DNA of 64,000 nt. Origin: an uncultured Gammaproteobacteria bacterium. GTDB taxonomy: Bacteria > Patescibacteriota > Microgenomatia > Levybacterales > GWA1-39-11. Of this stretch, positions 9,567 through 21,519 are shown piece by piece. Location: NCBI GenBank assembly GCA_964651815.1, contig CAZYWG010000003.1, forward strand, positions 52,531-116,530, given 5' to 3'. Positions within the stretch are counted from its first letter, which is position 1, and the number at the start of each line of letters is the position of its first letter. The position numbers and the translations under genes were made by a program. The notes below the pieces were generated by a model. That model did not search any database. It was not told the DNA's origin and saw only the letters and a program-made list of their open reading frames with translations.

Positions 9567-10967
9567 TTAATGAGGTATGGAGAGTTTGAATGGGGGTTCC
9601 TCAGATTTGGGTTCTACATAAATATTCGGGTTTTTATCAATAGCGTCAAGGATCTGGACAAATCGGTAAAATATGGCGTTTGTCCATCCAAAACCGGATT
9701 GGTTTGTATAATGATAATCTTTGGTGCGATCGCCGGTAACGCCATTAACTTTTTCAAAGAATGTTGCGTACCTTTTAAAAATTTGAGATTGTGTTTCCAA
9801 AGATTTTTTCATAATACGTACGGCATCATTAACAAATCCATATTTTAAAAGTCCAATAACGGTTAAATATTCAAGAGGCGGCCAAATGTTGGGATAATCC
9901 CATTGTTTGGGTTTTAAAATTTCTTCTATAGCGGGTATATATCTATGAGGAATTTTAGATAAGGATACTTTTGGTGCAAGAGAACTCTTTGCATCAATAA
10001 CGAGTCCATGGTCAGTCTCAAATATTGATAGCTTTTTAACCATTTTTTCAGATTGTGAACGAGTTGCCATTCCTGCCCATAGAGGAGTAAAGCCGGCAAG
10101 GGATAAAAAGTCGCTTTGGGTTTTATGTTTGTATTCATAATCAAAGAAAAAGCCTTCTTTCTCGTTCCACAGCAATTTGTTTATTTCGTCTTTGCGCTTA
10201 GTAGCAATTTCCTTCCAGTATTTCTGTTCTTCAGAATCCCCATTAATTGATGAAATCTTTGCAAAATCCCGCTCATATTTAAATAAATAAACATTTAAAT
10301 CAATCGGCAAAAAATCATTACACCTGTTATAAAATCTTGATGTAAAATCCCAGCCGGATTCAAGTTCTGCGGAATGAGCATATCCAATATCCCGGTCACC
10401 ATAGCGGCTTAATCCAAAGCCATCTACCTTGTGATGAAAGAACCCGTCTATATCCATCCAGACGCGCCAATATTCATGCTTTGCAACCTCGGAAGCGTGA
10501 ATAAGCCATCTTTTGTAATATTCCAACTCATACACCATTTTTTTAAAAGGGTTGGCTCCACGCCAGGCAAAATAATAGCCGTTGTATGCATCAAGTATCA
10601 TTGATGTTAAGAAAGGAGGCTGAGACCGGCCGGTGGAAGCAGGAGAATTAAAATTTGGGATAATTCCATAGCGCTCGTATAAGTAGATAAAATTGTCTAC
10701 CATAGAACGAGTAAGTTTTTCGCGTTTTGTGCGAATTAAGCCGCGAAACATAAAAAAAGTATCCCAATAATACATGTGTGTAAATTTTTTGTCGTTGGGT
10801 ACAATAAACGCTTTGGGCATATTAAGAACATTTTTATGCATCATTTTGGTAGATTTTTTCAAAACAACATTAAGAAGACGGTCTCGTCTGCGGGGTTTAA
10901 CCGTGACTTTGTCCCAAAAGTGGTCAATATATTCCAATTCGTCTTTGTATTTTTCGGCGTTTGTCAC
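9567..10967 (-). CDS. alpha,alpha-trehalase (glycoside hydrolase family 37)
   Basis: 466 aa; contains both GH37 trehalase signatures: THMYYWDTFF (cf. PGGRFxExYYWDxY) and KQWDYPNIWPPLEY (cf. QWDxPxGWAPxQ). Confidence 0.8.
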   Translation of the reverse strand: MTNAEKYKDELEYIDHFWDKVTVKPRRRDRLLNVVLKKSTKMMHKNVLNMPKAFIVPNDKKFTHMYYWDTFFMFRGLIRTKREKLTRSMVDNFIYLYERYGIIPNFNSPASTGRSQPPFLTSMILDAYNGYYFAWRGANPFKKMVYELEYYKRWLIHASEVAKHEYWRVWMDIDGFFHHKVDGFGLSRYGDRDIGYAHSAELESGWDFTSRFYNRCNDFLPIDLNVYLFKYERDFAKISSINGDSEEQKYWKEIATKRKDEINKLLWNEKEGFFFDYEYKHKTQSDFLSLAGFTPLWAGMATRSQSEKMVKKLSIFETDHGLVIDAKSSLAPKVSLSKIPHRYIPAIEEILKPKQWDYPNIWPPLEYLTVIGLLKYGFVNDAVRIMKKSLETQSQIFKRYATFFEKVNGVTGDRTKDYHYTNQSGFGWTNAIFYRFVQILDAIDKNPNIYVEPKSEEPPFKLSIPH

Positions 10968-11077
10968 GAATAAATCTTAGCGCTTTATGCTTTTTTGTTC
11001 AAGAGGAAATTTTATTCTGACAGAAACAGGAATATTGACAAATCATTTTCTATGTCGTTTAATATTTTTACTGCCTT

Positions 11078-12031
11078 ATGGAACAAAAAAAACGATCCGA
11101 ACTCAGGGACTATATTCAAATGTTTCTTGAATACCTTGAAATTGAGAAAAATTCCTCAAAATTGACTATCCGTAATTATCGTTTATATTTGAATAGATTT
11201 GCCGATTGGTATGAAAATAATTATGCGGGTCTTGGAATTAAAGATATAAATATAGACAAGGTCAGGCGTTACAGATTATTTCTTTCCAATTGGGTAGATG
11301 AAAAGGATATGACTTTAAAACGCGTTACGCAGTCATATTACATAATTGCGTTAAGGTCAATGCTTAGGTTTTTAGTCAGGAATGATTATGACACGCTAAC
11401 TCCCGACAAAATTGATTTACCAAAGTCCGAAAGTAAATCTTTAAAATTTCTTGAGAAAAATCATTTGCAAACTTTATTTGATTCGGTTGATGTTTCAACC
11501 AACAATGAAAAAAACTTGCGTGACCGCGCAATTTTAGAATTGTTGTTTTCAACCGGGCTGCGTGTCTCAGAATTGACAAGACTCAATCGTGAAAATATAA
11601 ATTTTGACACACGTGAATTTGGGGTAATTGGGAAAGGTGGACGCGCGCGGGTTGTTTTTCTTTCTGATTCTGCAGCCCACTGGCTCAGGATTTATTTTGA
11701 TATTAGGGAAGACCCTTGGAAGCCCGCTTTTATTCGTTATTCAAAAGAAAAGAATTTTGAGAATGGTGGCGAGAAAATGCGTCTTACCCCGCGCTCAATT
11801 GAAAGACTTTTGGAAAAGTACGTAAGGCTCGCGAGAATTCCTGTAAAAGCAACACCTCATACCCTACGCCATTCGTTTGCAACAGATCTTCTTTATAATG
11901 GAGCAGATTTACGCTCAGTTCAGGAGATGCTTGGGCATAAAAACATTTCAACTACCCAAATTTACACCCACGTAACTAACCCTCAATTAAAAGAAATTCA
12001 CAAGAAATTTCATCAAGGGAACAGGAGGTAA
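11078..12031 (+). CDS. tyrosine site-specific recombinase (XerC/XerD family)
   Basis: 317 aa; C-terminal catalytic region HTLRHSFATDLLYNGADLRSVQEMLGHKNISTTQIYTHV carries the R..HxxR..Y tyrosine-recombinase motif. Confidence 0.85.
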   Translation: MEQKKRSELRDYIQMFLEYLEIEKNSSKLTIRNYRLYLNRFADWYENNYAGLGIKDINIDKVRRYRLFLSNWVDEKDMTLKRVTQSYYIIALRSMLRFLVRNDYDTLTPDKIDLPKSESKSLKFLEKNHLQTLFDSVDVSTNNEKNLRDRAILELLFSTGLRVSELTRLNRENINFDTREFGVIGKGGRARVVFLSDSAAHWLRIYFDIREDPWKPAFIRYSKEKNFENGGEKMRLTPRSIERLLEKYVRLARIPVKATPHTLRHSFATDLLYNGADLRSVQEMLGHKNISTTQIYTHVTNPQLKEIHKKFHQGNRR

Positions 12032-12100
12032 TCTCATAATAATCATTCGATTATATACTATGGGATGTAATGTGCAGAATTGATCCTCTTTTCAAACAAC

Positions 12101-13028
12101 TTATAATGTTAAAACCCACTTTTTAAATTCTTTTTCCTCTTTATAGTCCGCGTCCGGTTTGAAAGATTCGTCTGAAAAGCCGCCTATGGCGCGGGATGCG
12201 AGGACGGTTTGGAGTTTGTTTTTGTCATAACCACGTTCGACAAGTTGGTCGAATATCTGAATTGCCAGCTCGGGTTTTTCTAAAACACTGTGTACGCGCT
12301 GTATGAAATAAGCAATATCGTAATACTCTACCCCATGAGAATGGGCGTGTTCTCCGTCAATAAGTGCAATTGCTTTTTCATCAGTAATAATCATATGCCA
12401 CGGAGTGAAATCTCCGTGTCGCGGCTTTTTCCGAAAGATTATTAGCACCTTCCTTTACAAGATCGAAAAGCTGTTCTAGCTTATACCGCTTGATTATTTC
12501 ACCTGGTATAGTATCGAGCCAGGATTTTGTTTTCTCAACAAACCATTCTTGGTGATTGGGGGACTGAATAGCATCGTTTATAGGAATCTTTAAAGGAAGG
12601 TCTTGAATGAATTCGGAGAAATCTATAATTTGGTTTATATACTGGCCAATGAAATTGTATTTTTGATCAATAGCTGCTATTTGTGGACCGGTGTATTCTT
12701 CAATCAGTATGTAATATAAACCTTTATAGTATCCGCCTTCGTAAAATTTTGGGACAAGATAGTATTCGTTTATTGACAATTTGTTAAATTCCTCGCACCA
12801 AATTCTTTCCGTTTCAAGACGGGCGCTTATTCCAGGAGTCGTCGCCATTTTTATGAAGTATTCGCGATATTCATCCCTGACTTTTCCTAAGACGTGTCTG
12901 CAGCCTTGCCAAAGCCTAATCACTTTGTAATTCTTCTGGAGAAATGACTTCACGCTTTTAAGATCAAGTGTCTCTCCCACTCTATAATCCAGCAGTTTCC
13001 CATTCTTTTGAACTTTGAAAGCATCCAT
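12101..13028 (-). pseudogene. protein-kinase-like phosphotransferase (APH/choline-kinase/CotS fold) split by a frameshift
   Basis: Two overlapping minus-strand ORFs, 12381..13028 and 12101..12448. The catalytic Brenner-like motif RHGDFTPWHMII and IALIDGEHA...YYDIAYF sit at the very start of the second ORF. The frame change maps to a T5/A5 homopolymer at about 12426-12430, and removing one A gives a continuous ...NNLSEKPRHGDF... reading. Confidence 0.5.
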
Positions 13029-13046
13029 GGTGCAATTATATCAGGG

Positions 13047-14024
13047 TTATTCTAGCTTTCCGAGGATTTGTGCAAGAAGTGCCATTCGTATGTACATGCC
13101 TGATCTAATTTCAGAAGTTAAGTAGACTGCTCGTGGATCTGAGTCAACTTCTTCAAGGATTTCTCCTACTCTGGGCAAAGGATGCATAAGAATTGTATTT
13201 TTACCCGCATATTTATCCATTACTTCCTTTGTAACAACAAACCTGTTGTTTACCTTTTTGTAGAGCTCTTCATTTTTGAATCTTTCTTTCTGGACACGTG
13301 TCCAATACCAAAAATCACAATCTTTTGGAATCTCGTCGATGGAATTTATTTCGTGAAGTTTAATCTTATCTTTATATTTGTTAAAGTCGGTCTTTGAAAG
13401 TTTTAGTTCGTCAGGTGCCAATAAATAGATTTCGTTTCCCGGAAAAAATGCAAGCCCGTCTAAAAGAGAATGTACGGTCCTACCGTTTAATATGTCCCCT
13501 GCCATAACTCCTTTAAGACCAGTTAGTTTTTTTTTCTTTTCCCAAATAGTATATAAATCCAAGAGCGCTTGTGTAGGATGTTCTCCAGGCCCATCACCCG
13601 CGTTGATAATTGGTACAAACTTTGCAGTTTCCGCGGCGCGCTTGGCAGCACCTAACTCCGGATGCCTTAATACTATTATGTCGCAATATGCTTCAAATAC
13701 CCTGATTGTGTCTTCAAACGTTTCGCCCTTTGAGACGGACGAGAATTGTTGAGGATTTTCAACCACAATTGTTTGTCCCCCAAGTTGCTTGGCAGCCGCG
13801 TCAAAAGAAGATCTTGTGCGAGACGAAGGCTCATAGAAAAGTAAAACTATTATTTTTCCATCCAGAAGCGGTAATGGTAGACCCTTCTGCCCTGCTTCTT
13901 TAACAGAAGCAACAGAATTGAACAGTTTTAATATGGAGTCTTGATCAAATTGGGAAATGGAGACAATATCTTTACCTAGATAGTTTGACTCGATGGGTAA
14001 AATAGCCTTACTTTTTTGTGCCAC
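13047..14024 (-). CDS. pyrB: aspartate carbamoyltransferase catalytic subunit
   Basis: 325 aa; carbamoyl-phosphate binding motif SSRTRSSF (STRTR), and HPLPRV near the C-terminus rather than the OTCase HCLP. Confidence 0.8.
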   Translation of the reverse strand: MAQKSKAILPIESNYLGKDIVSISQFDQDSILKLFNSVASVKEAGQKGLPLPLLDGKIIVLLFYEPSSRTRSSFDAAAKQLGGQTIVVENPQQFSSVSKGETFEDTIRVFEAYCDIIVLRHPELGAAKRAAETAKFVPIINAGDGPGEHPTQALLDLYTIWEKKKKLTGLKGVMAGDILNGRTVHSLLDGLAFFPGNEIYLLAPDELKLSKTDFNKYKDKIKLHEINSIDEIPKDCDFWYWTRVQKERFKNEELYKKVNNRFVVTKEVMDKYAGKNTILMHPLPRVGEILEEVDSDPRAVYLTSEIRSGMYIRMALLAQILGKLE

Positions 14025-14051
14025 TTGAAGGATTTTATTATTAATTGGTGA

Positions 14052-15098
14052 TTATTTCAAGTACTTGTCAAAAAAGGCAACGGAGCGTTGAAGCGCAATG
14101 TTAAATACTTGTGATAGGTTGTGGTCTGCATTTTGGTAAGAGTAATAGTCAATAATTTTTCCGTTTTTTTGAAGCGCGTTGCGTAAATGTTCTGCAAAGC
14201 TTGGCGGAACGTCTTCATCGGTCATGCTTTGGTGAATTTGCACAGGTGCTCCGACACTTTGAATATATGTATAAGGATCTATAGAGCTCCAAAAAGACGG
14301 ATTGGTTTGCGGAGTACCAAAGTGATCAACCAGATTTTGCCTAATAGATGTCAAATGCTCACGGATATTGGCAGCGCCTTGGGGTGTGTATCTGTTTGGG
14401 TGCCAATGATTTAGCAAATCATCATAAGTCCCTACAACTCCGCTCCAAATAACCGCCACTTTTATGCTGTTTGGTTCTACAACTAGCACCCTTAGCGTAA
14501 TATTTCCGCCCATTGAATGTCCCCACATGCCAATTTTGTCAACGTTAACATACGGCAATTTTTTTATGGAGGCAAGCGCGTTTAAAACATCAATTGTGTA
14601 ATCCGGAGAAAAATACGCGCCTTCTGCTTGACCCTCAGAGCGTCCATTGCCGCGATAGTCTGATTTAAAAGTAACGTAACCTGCCCTTGCAAATCCGTCT
14701 TGATACGCAACGTAACGTTCTGTCGTTTGATACTCATTAGGGGGAATATAGCCGTGATTAAATATAACAACTGGAACGCGGCTTGAGGCGCTTGCGCTAT
14801 CAGGAACAGTAAGAAGACCATAAATTTTAAAGTTATCCGAAACATAAGAAGCGATATATCTTTTATAATTTGAACCTGCATCAAGCGTTTGTTCTATTTT
14901 AATGTCGCTCCCAGGATATGAACGCGCACGGAGCGCAGCTATCTCAAGTTGACTTTTAAATTGCTGAGTACTGGGAGTTGTAGTTATTTCAGAATTTTGA
15001 TTATCGGTGGTTGATTTTTGTGTTTTAACAGATTTGTAAATCAGCAAAATTGCGATAAGAAATCCAATAAAAATGAGAAGCAAGACTATTTTTCGCAC
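14052..15098 (-). CDS. secreted/membrane-anchored alpha/beta hydrolase (S9 peptidase / dienelactone hydrolase-like)
   Basis: 348 aa; N-terminal TM/signal; nucleophile elbow GHSMGG. Confidence 0.7.
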   Translation of the reverse strand: MRKIVLLLIFIGFLIAILLIYKSVKTQKSTTDNQNSEITTTPSTQQFKSQLEIAALRARSYPGSDIKIEQTLDAGSNYKRYIASYVSDNFKIYGLLTVPDSASASSRVPVVIFNHGYIPPNEYQTTERYVAYQDGFARAGYVTFKSDYRGNGRSEGQAEGAYFSPDYTIDVLNALASIKKLPYVNVDKIGMWGHSMGGNITLRVLVVEPNSIKVAVIWSGVVGTYDDLLNHWHPNRYTPQGAANIREHLTSIRQNLVDHFGTPQTNPSFWSSIDPYTYIQSVGAPVQIHQSMTDEDVPPSFAEHLRNALQKNGKIIDYYSYQNADHNLSQVFNIALQRSVAFFDKYLK

Positions 15099-15154
15099 CC
15101 AAAAATTTTACACTCATTTAAAATTATCGTCAAGGAAATTGCAGAATTAATGGA

Positions 15155-15355
15155 TTAGTATTGAGGTGCTGCCTGGGATTGTGCGGGTTGTGCGCCGAGG
15201 ACTTGATCAAGTCTTGCAACAATTGAGTTATATGTAATTACATATGCGATAACCGCAACAATTGTAACTATTATTGTGAAGACAAAAATATCTTTGTTAA
15301 TTATAGAAGAATTTTTAGGGGAAATTTTAGCTATTCTCTTTCGTCGGGCAGCCAT
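15155..15355 (-). CDS. small single-TM protein
   Basis: 66 aa; basic N-terminus then one hydrophobic helix; lies between flanking genes with little spare intergenic space. Confidence 0.3.
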   Translation of the reverse strand: MAARRKRIAKISPKNSSIINKDIFVFTIIVTIVAVIAYVITYNSIVARLDQVLGAQPAQSQAAPQY

Positions 15356-15386
15356 GAAATTATTGTTTCAAAATTATAAATTTTTG

Positions 15387-16226
15387 TCAAGCGTTTTTTA
15401 TTTGTGCTTCTGCGGCCTCCACAAGATTTTGAAAAAGATAAGAGAGATTGACGGGTCCAACTCCACCCGGGGTTGGCGTATAGCTCCCCGCTAAATTTTC
15501 AATTTCCGATTCTTCATAATCCCCGTGGAGTTTTCCATCTTCATTTGCTACATGTGTCCCGACGCCAATTAAAATTACACCGGGCTTAATATTGCTTTTG
15601 TTAATTACCCTACTCTTCCCAACGCTTGTTATAACAATGTCTGCATTTTTGATTAAATCATTGGGATTGCGAGTTTTGCTGTCTATAACCATTGGTTCTG
15701 CGCCCAGTTTCTTTAAGGCTTTTATTGCCGGCGCGCCGGCTGTCTCACCTTTCCCTAATATTACGAAATTAAATTCGCTCCATTTCTTCTTGGTTCCTAG
15801 TTCTGCAAGAGATACTTCAATTAATCTTTTTGTTGCGAGCCAGACAGGTACTTCAAATTTTGAATTTTCTTGAAAACCATCAACATCTTTTTCTGGTGCG
15901 ATTGCGTCAGTTACGGTTTTTTTATTGATAACACCAGGCATTGGGCGTTGGACAATCATTCCGTGAAAGCTTTTATCTTGGTTTATTTCTTCAATTTTTT
16001 TAAGTAGAGATTTTTCGTCAGCTCCGCCTAAAGGAATAAATACAGCTTCAATTCCAAGTTCTGTTGCAACCTTTAGCTTTTGTCTTACATAAGTTTCCCA
16101 CGCGCCTTCAGGGCCGAGCGTAATTATTGCGATTTTAGGTTTTATATTTTTTTTTCTTAAGTCTTCAATCCTAAGAATTAAGTCTGCTTTAATTTCATCA
16201 GCTACTTTTTTGCCGGATATTCTCAT
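15387..16226 (-). CDS. folD: bifunctional methylenetetrahydrofolate dehydrogenase/cyclohydrolase
   Basis: 279 aa; FolD pattern MRISGKKVADEIKADL...GMIVQRPMPG, C-terminal NAD(P) binding, and length. Confidence 0.9.
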   Translation of the reverse strand: MRISGKKVADEIKADLILRIEDLRKKNIKPKIAIITLGPEGAWETYVRQKLKVATELGIEAVFIPLGGADEKSLLKKIEEINQDKSFHGMIVQRPMPGVINKKTVTDAIAPEKDVDGFQENSKFEVPVWLATKRLIEVSLAELGTKKKWSEFNFVILGKGETAGAPAIKALKKLGAEPMVIDSKTRNPNDLIKNADIVITSVGKSRVINKSNIKPGVILIGVGTHVANEDGKLHGDYEESEIENLAGSYTPTPGGVGPVNLSYLFQNLVEAAEAQIKNA

Positions 16227-16231
16227 TTAAT

Positions 16232-18787
16232 TTATGGGGAAACGGTTGTGGCACCTGCAACTCTATCATTTTTATCAGAAAAACGCATGAGTATCACGCC
16301 CTGAGCATTTCTTGAAAGAAGAGGTGTAGCATCAAGCGGAATTTTTACAACTTGCCCTTTTTCTGAAGTTATAATTACTTCAGTTGCGTCTTTTTCAAGT
16401 ACACCTGCAAAGACAATTTTTCCCGTTTTTGCGTTAATATTTTGAATTCTTACTCCTTGGCCATTCCGTCTTTGGTTGCGGACTTCAGACACTCGGCTTC
16501 TTTTTCCAAGTCCATTCTCTGCAACTACAAGAAGCGTTGCGGCTTTGTCGCCACCTGAGGCTACATCCATTCCAATAACCCGGTCATCCCCAACGAGTCT
16601 TATTCCGCCAACTCCTTGACTAGATCGGCCTGTTGACCTAATTTGAGACTCCTTAAAGCAAATAATTTTACCGTTCTTGGTTATGAGCACAACATCATTC
16701 TCACCGCTTGAAAAATTAACCCATTGCAAGGAATCACCATTCTCAAGCTTTATGGCGATAATTCCGCCGCGCCTTATATTTGCAAATTCGGAAATAGAAG
16801 TTTTTTTAATAATTCCCTTCTCTGTTGCCATGACAATATGTTTGTACTTATCTTTTTCCTTGGGGTTGTAAGTCAGAATAGATTGAATTTTTTCGCCGGC
16901 ATTTATATCAATTAGATTAACAATTGCTGTCCCTTTTGAAACGCGAGAAGCCTCTTCCATTTCAAATACGCGTGTTTGGTAAACTTTTCCAAGGTTTGTG
17001 AAGAAGAGAATATAATCGTGTGTTTGGGCATATAATATTTTGTCTATTGAATCTTCATCTTTGGTCCTCATCCCCATAACTCCTTTGCCGCCCCTTGCCT
17101 GTGTTCTAAAGGACGTCATGCTTTGGCGCTTAACGTAGCCTGTTTGCGTCAAAGTAATGACGGTTGGTTCATTTTGGATAAGGTCCTCTTCTGAAAATTC
17201 ATCAACTTTTGATTTGTAAACACGGGTCCTTCTTTTGTCTTCATATTTTTCTTTGACTTTCGCGAGCTCATCCCCAACAACTTTTAACATTTTTTTAGGG
17301 TCGGAAAGTAAACTCGTTAAGTAATCGATTGTCTCTTTAACCATGTCCCATTCGTCTTGAATTTTTTCGCGTTCTAGAGCTGCCAAGCGCCTAAGCTGCA
17401 TATCAAGAATTGCTATAGCCTGAATTTCAGAGAGCTTAAATTTTGTCATCAGGTTTCCGCGTGCCGCGTCGGCACTTTCAGATTTTTTAATAGTATCTAT
17501 GACTTCATCAATGTTATTTACGGCAATTAAAAGCCCATCAAGTATGTGTAGTCTGGCACGCGCTTGTCTGAGTTCAAATTCTGACCTTCTGGTAATAACC
17601 GTAAATCTGTGTGTTATATATTCTTCAAGGATTGTTTTAAGATTAAGCGTTCTTGGAATACCGTCCACTAGAGCTACAATATTGGCAGGAAATGAGGTTT
17701 GTAAAGAAGTTAATTTGAACAAATTATTAAGAACTTTTCTTGGTGAAGCATCACGTTTTAATTCTGCAACCACCCGGATTCCATGTCTATCTGATTCGTC
17801 CCTAAGGTCAGTCAACCCTTCAAGCTTTTTGTCTTTTGCAAGCTCTGCTATTTTTGCAACTAAAGCTGCTTTATTCACTTGATATGGGACCTCGCGAATT
17901 ATAATTGCAGATTTTCCTTGCCCTATATCTTCAATCTCAGCAATCCCGCGGACAATGATTTTTCCGCGCCCAGTGCGGTAAACATTTTTAATTTCATTAA
18001 TATCATAAATCGCGCCCCCTGTTGGAAAGTCTGGACCTTTAATATATTCAAGTAGCTCGTCCACTGTAACTTCCGATCCTAATTCAAACGCCGGTTTTAG
18101 CGAGTGTATTTCTTCGTCAGTTAGTTCGACTCCCTCGGGGTGAATTTTATATCCTACTCTAGGTTTATAAGTTATTTTATCTATCATGTATTGAACCGCG
18201 TCGATTACTTCTCCTAAGTTGTGGGGAGGAATTTTTGTTGCCATTCCAACAGCAATACCCTCTGCCCCCATGAGAAGTAAATTAGGAAGTTTTGATGGAA
18301 GATACATAGGCTCGTTGTGTGTCCCGTCAAAATTCGGCATGAGTTCTACTGTCCCTTTATCAATGTCAAAAAGCATTTCCATAGCCAGCGGTGCAAGCCT
18401 GGCTTCCGTGTAGCGCATAGCCGCTGCAGAATCTCCATCCATGGATCCAAAGTTACCCTGCCCGTCAACAAGTGGGTAGCGCATTGCAAAATCTTGGGCA
18501 AGGCGAACGAGCGTGTCATAAATTGACATGTCGCCGTGAGGATGGTATTTTCCCATTGTTTCTCCAACAATGGTGGCTGATTTTGCGTATTTTGAAGTTG
18601 GATAAAGATTTAGCTCGTACATTGCAAAGAGGACTCTACGATGTACTGGTTTTAAGCCGTCGCGGACATCAGGTAAGGCACGCGAAACAATAACGGACAT
18701 TGCATAATCGAGGTATGCTTTTTTCGCCTCAGTTGTAATGTCGACTTGGTGAAGCCGGCCTATTGCATTTTTTTCTTCTGGTTCCAT
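16232..18787 (-). CDS. gyrA: DNA gyrase subunit A
   Basis: 851 aa; YAMSVIVSRALPDVRDGLKPVHRR with the active-site Tyr region, and C-terminal beta-pinwheel repeats. Confidence 0.95.
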   Translation of the reverse strand: MEPEEKNAIGRLHQVDITTEAKKAYLDYAMSVIVSRALPDVRDGLKPVHRRVLFAMYELNLYPTSKYAKSATIVGETMGKYHPHGDMSIYDTLVRLAQDFAMRYPLVDGQGNFGSMDGDSAAAMRYTEARLAPLAMEMLFDIDKGTVELMPNFDGTHNEPMYLPSKLPNLLLMGAEGIAVGMATKIPPHNLGEVIDAVQYMIDKITYKPRVGYKIHPEGVELTDEEIHSLKPAFELGSEVTVDELLEYIKGPDFPTGGAIYDINEIKNVYRTGRGKIIVRGIAEIEDIGQGKSAIIIREVPYQVNKAALVAKIAELAKDKKLEGLTDLRDESDRHGIRVVAELKRDASPRKVLNNLFKLTSLQTSFPANIVALVDGIPRTLNLKTILEEYITHRFTVITRRSEFELRQARARLHILDGLLIAVNNIDEVIDTIKKSESADAARGNLMTKFKLSEIQAIAILDMQLRRLAALEREKIQDEWDMVKETIDYLTSLLSDPKKMLKVVGDELAKVKEKYEDKRRTRVYKSKVDEFSEEDLIQNEPTVITLTQTGYVKRQSMTSFRTQARGGKGVMGMRTKDEDSIDKILYAQTHDYILFFTNLGKVYQTRVFEMEEASRVSKGTAIVNLIDINAGEKIQSILTYNPKEKDKYKHIVMATEKGIIKKTSISEFANIRRGGIIAIKLENGDSLQWVNFSSGENDVVLITKNGKIICFKESQIRSTGRSSQGVGGIRLVGDDRVIGMDVASGGDKAATLLVVAENGLGKRSRVSEVRNQRRNGQGVRIQNINAKTGKIVFAGVLEKDATEVIITSEKGQVVKIPLDATPLLSRNAQGVILMRFSDKNDRVAGATTVSP

Positions 18788-18855
18788 ATTAAAAATTATT
18801 TACTAACAACTGACGACGAATCTGTTCCTCAAATTCATCGCCATGCGTAAGTAAA

Positions 18856-19371
18856 TTATTTATAAGATGCCATCCCCTTCTTAATTTCCTCAATTGCCTC
18901 ATCTCTTCCCTTCCACCCGCTGACTTTAACCCATTTTCCAGGTTCATTCTTTTTGTAATTCTCAAAGAAATATTTAATTTTCTCGGTAATTTCTTTTGGG
19001 AGTTCACTTATGTCGTTATACTTTCCAAACTCGGGATTTACTTTTTCAGGGGGAACAGCAACCAATTTTGCATCCATTCCTTTTTCATCTTCCGTCTCAA
19101 GCATTCCTATAGGTTTTGCTACCATGACAACTCCCGGGACTACAGGAAGTGGCGACAAGACTAAAACGTCAACCGGGTCGCCGTCTCCTGACAAAGTATT
19201 TGGAATAAATCCATAATTGGCCGGATACCCTTTGTCGAAAAAGAGAAAACGATCGACAAAAATCATATTTGTATCATGATCAAGTTCGTACTTTACCCGA
19301 CTGTCCTGCGGTACTTCAATTATTACGTTTACAATTTCTGGGGCTTTTTCCCCCGCTGTTAAATTTTTCAT
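18856..19371 (-). CDS. ppa: inorganic pyrophosphatase (family I)
   Basis: 171 aa; metal-binding signature [10 protein letters not shown]. Confidence 0.9.
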   Translation of the reverse strand: MKNLTAGEKAPEIVNVIIEVPQDSRVKYELDHDTNMIFVDRFLFFDKGYPANYGFIPNTLSGDGDPVDVLVLSPLPVVPGVVMVAKPIGMLETEDEKGMDAKLVAVPPEKVNPEFGKYNDISELPKEITEKIKYFFENYKKNEPGKWVKVSGWKGRDEAIEEIKKGMASYK

Positions 19372-19476
19372 TTAATAAAGTCACCTCCCTAAATATCAAG
19401 TTCTACGAGCCTTGCACTTCGCAGTTTGTTTTCGAACAGAAACAAACTACTCAGTACTTCGACTAGCCTCCTTTAT

Positions 19477-21444
<1,968 letters not shown>

Positions 21445-21519
21445 TTAGATTATCTATTGTAGCAGAACCGAACGGAGTAATTCAAGCTGCCGAAAAAGGA
21501 CAATTTTCACATCTCAATT

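Noticed and set aside
19381-19476. GTTTGTTT-n8-AAACAAAC hairpin downstream of gyrB as a rho-independent terminator
   Set aside because: The stem is present but there is no U-run on either strand after it, so this is not a convincing intrinsic terminator; it could be an RNA stability element.
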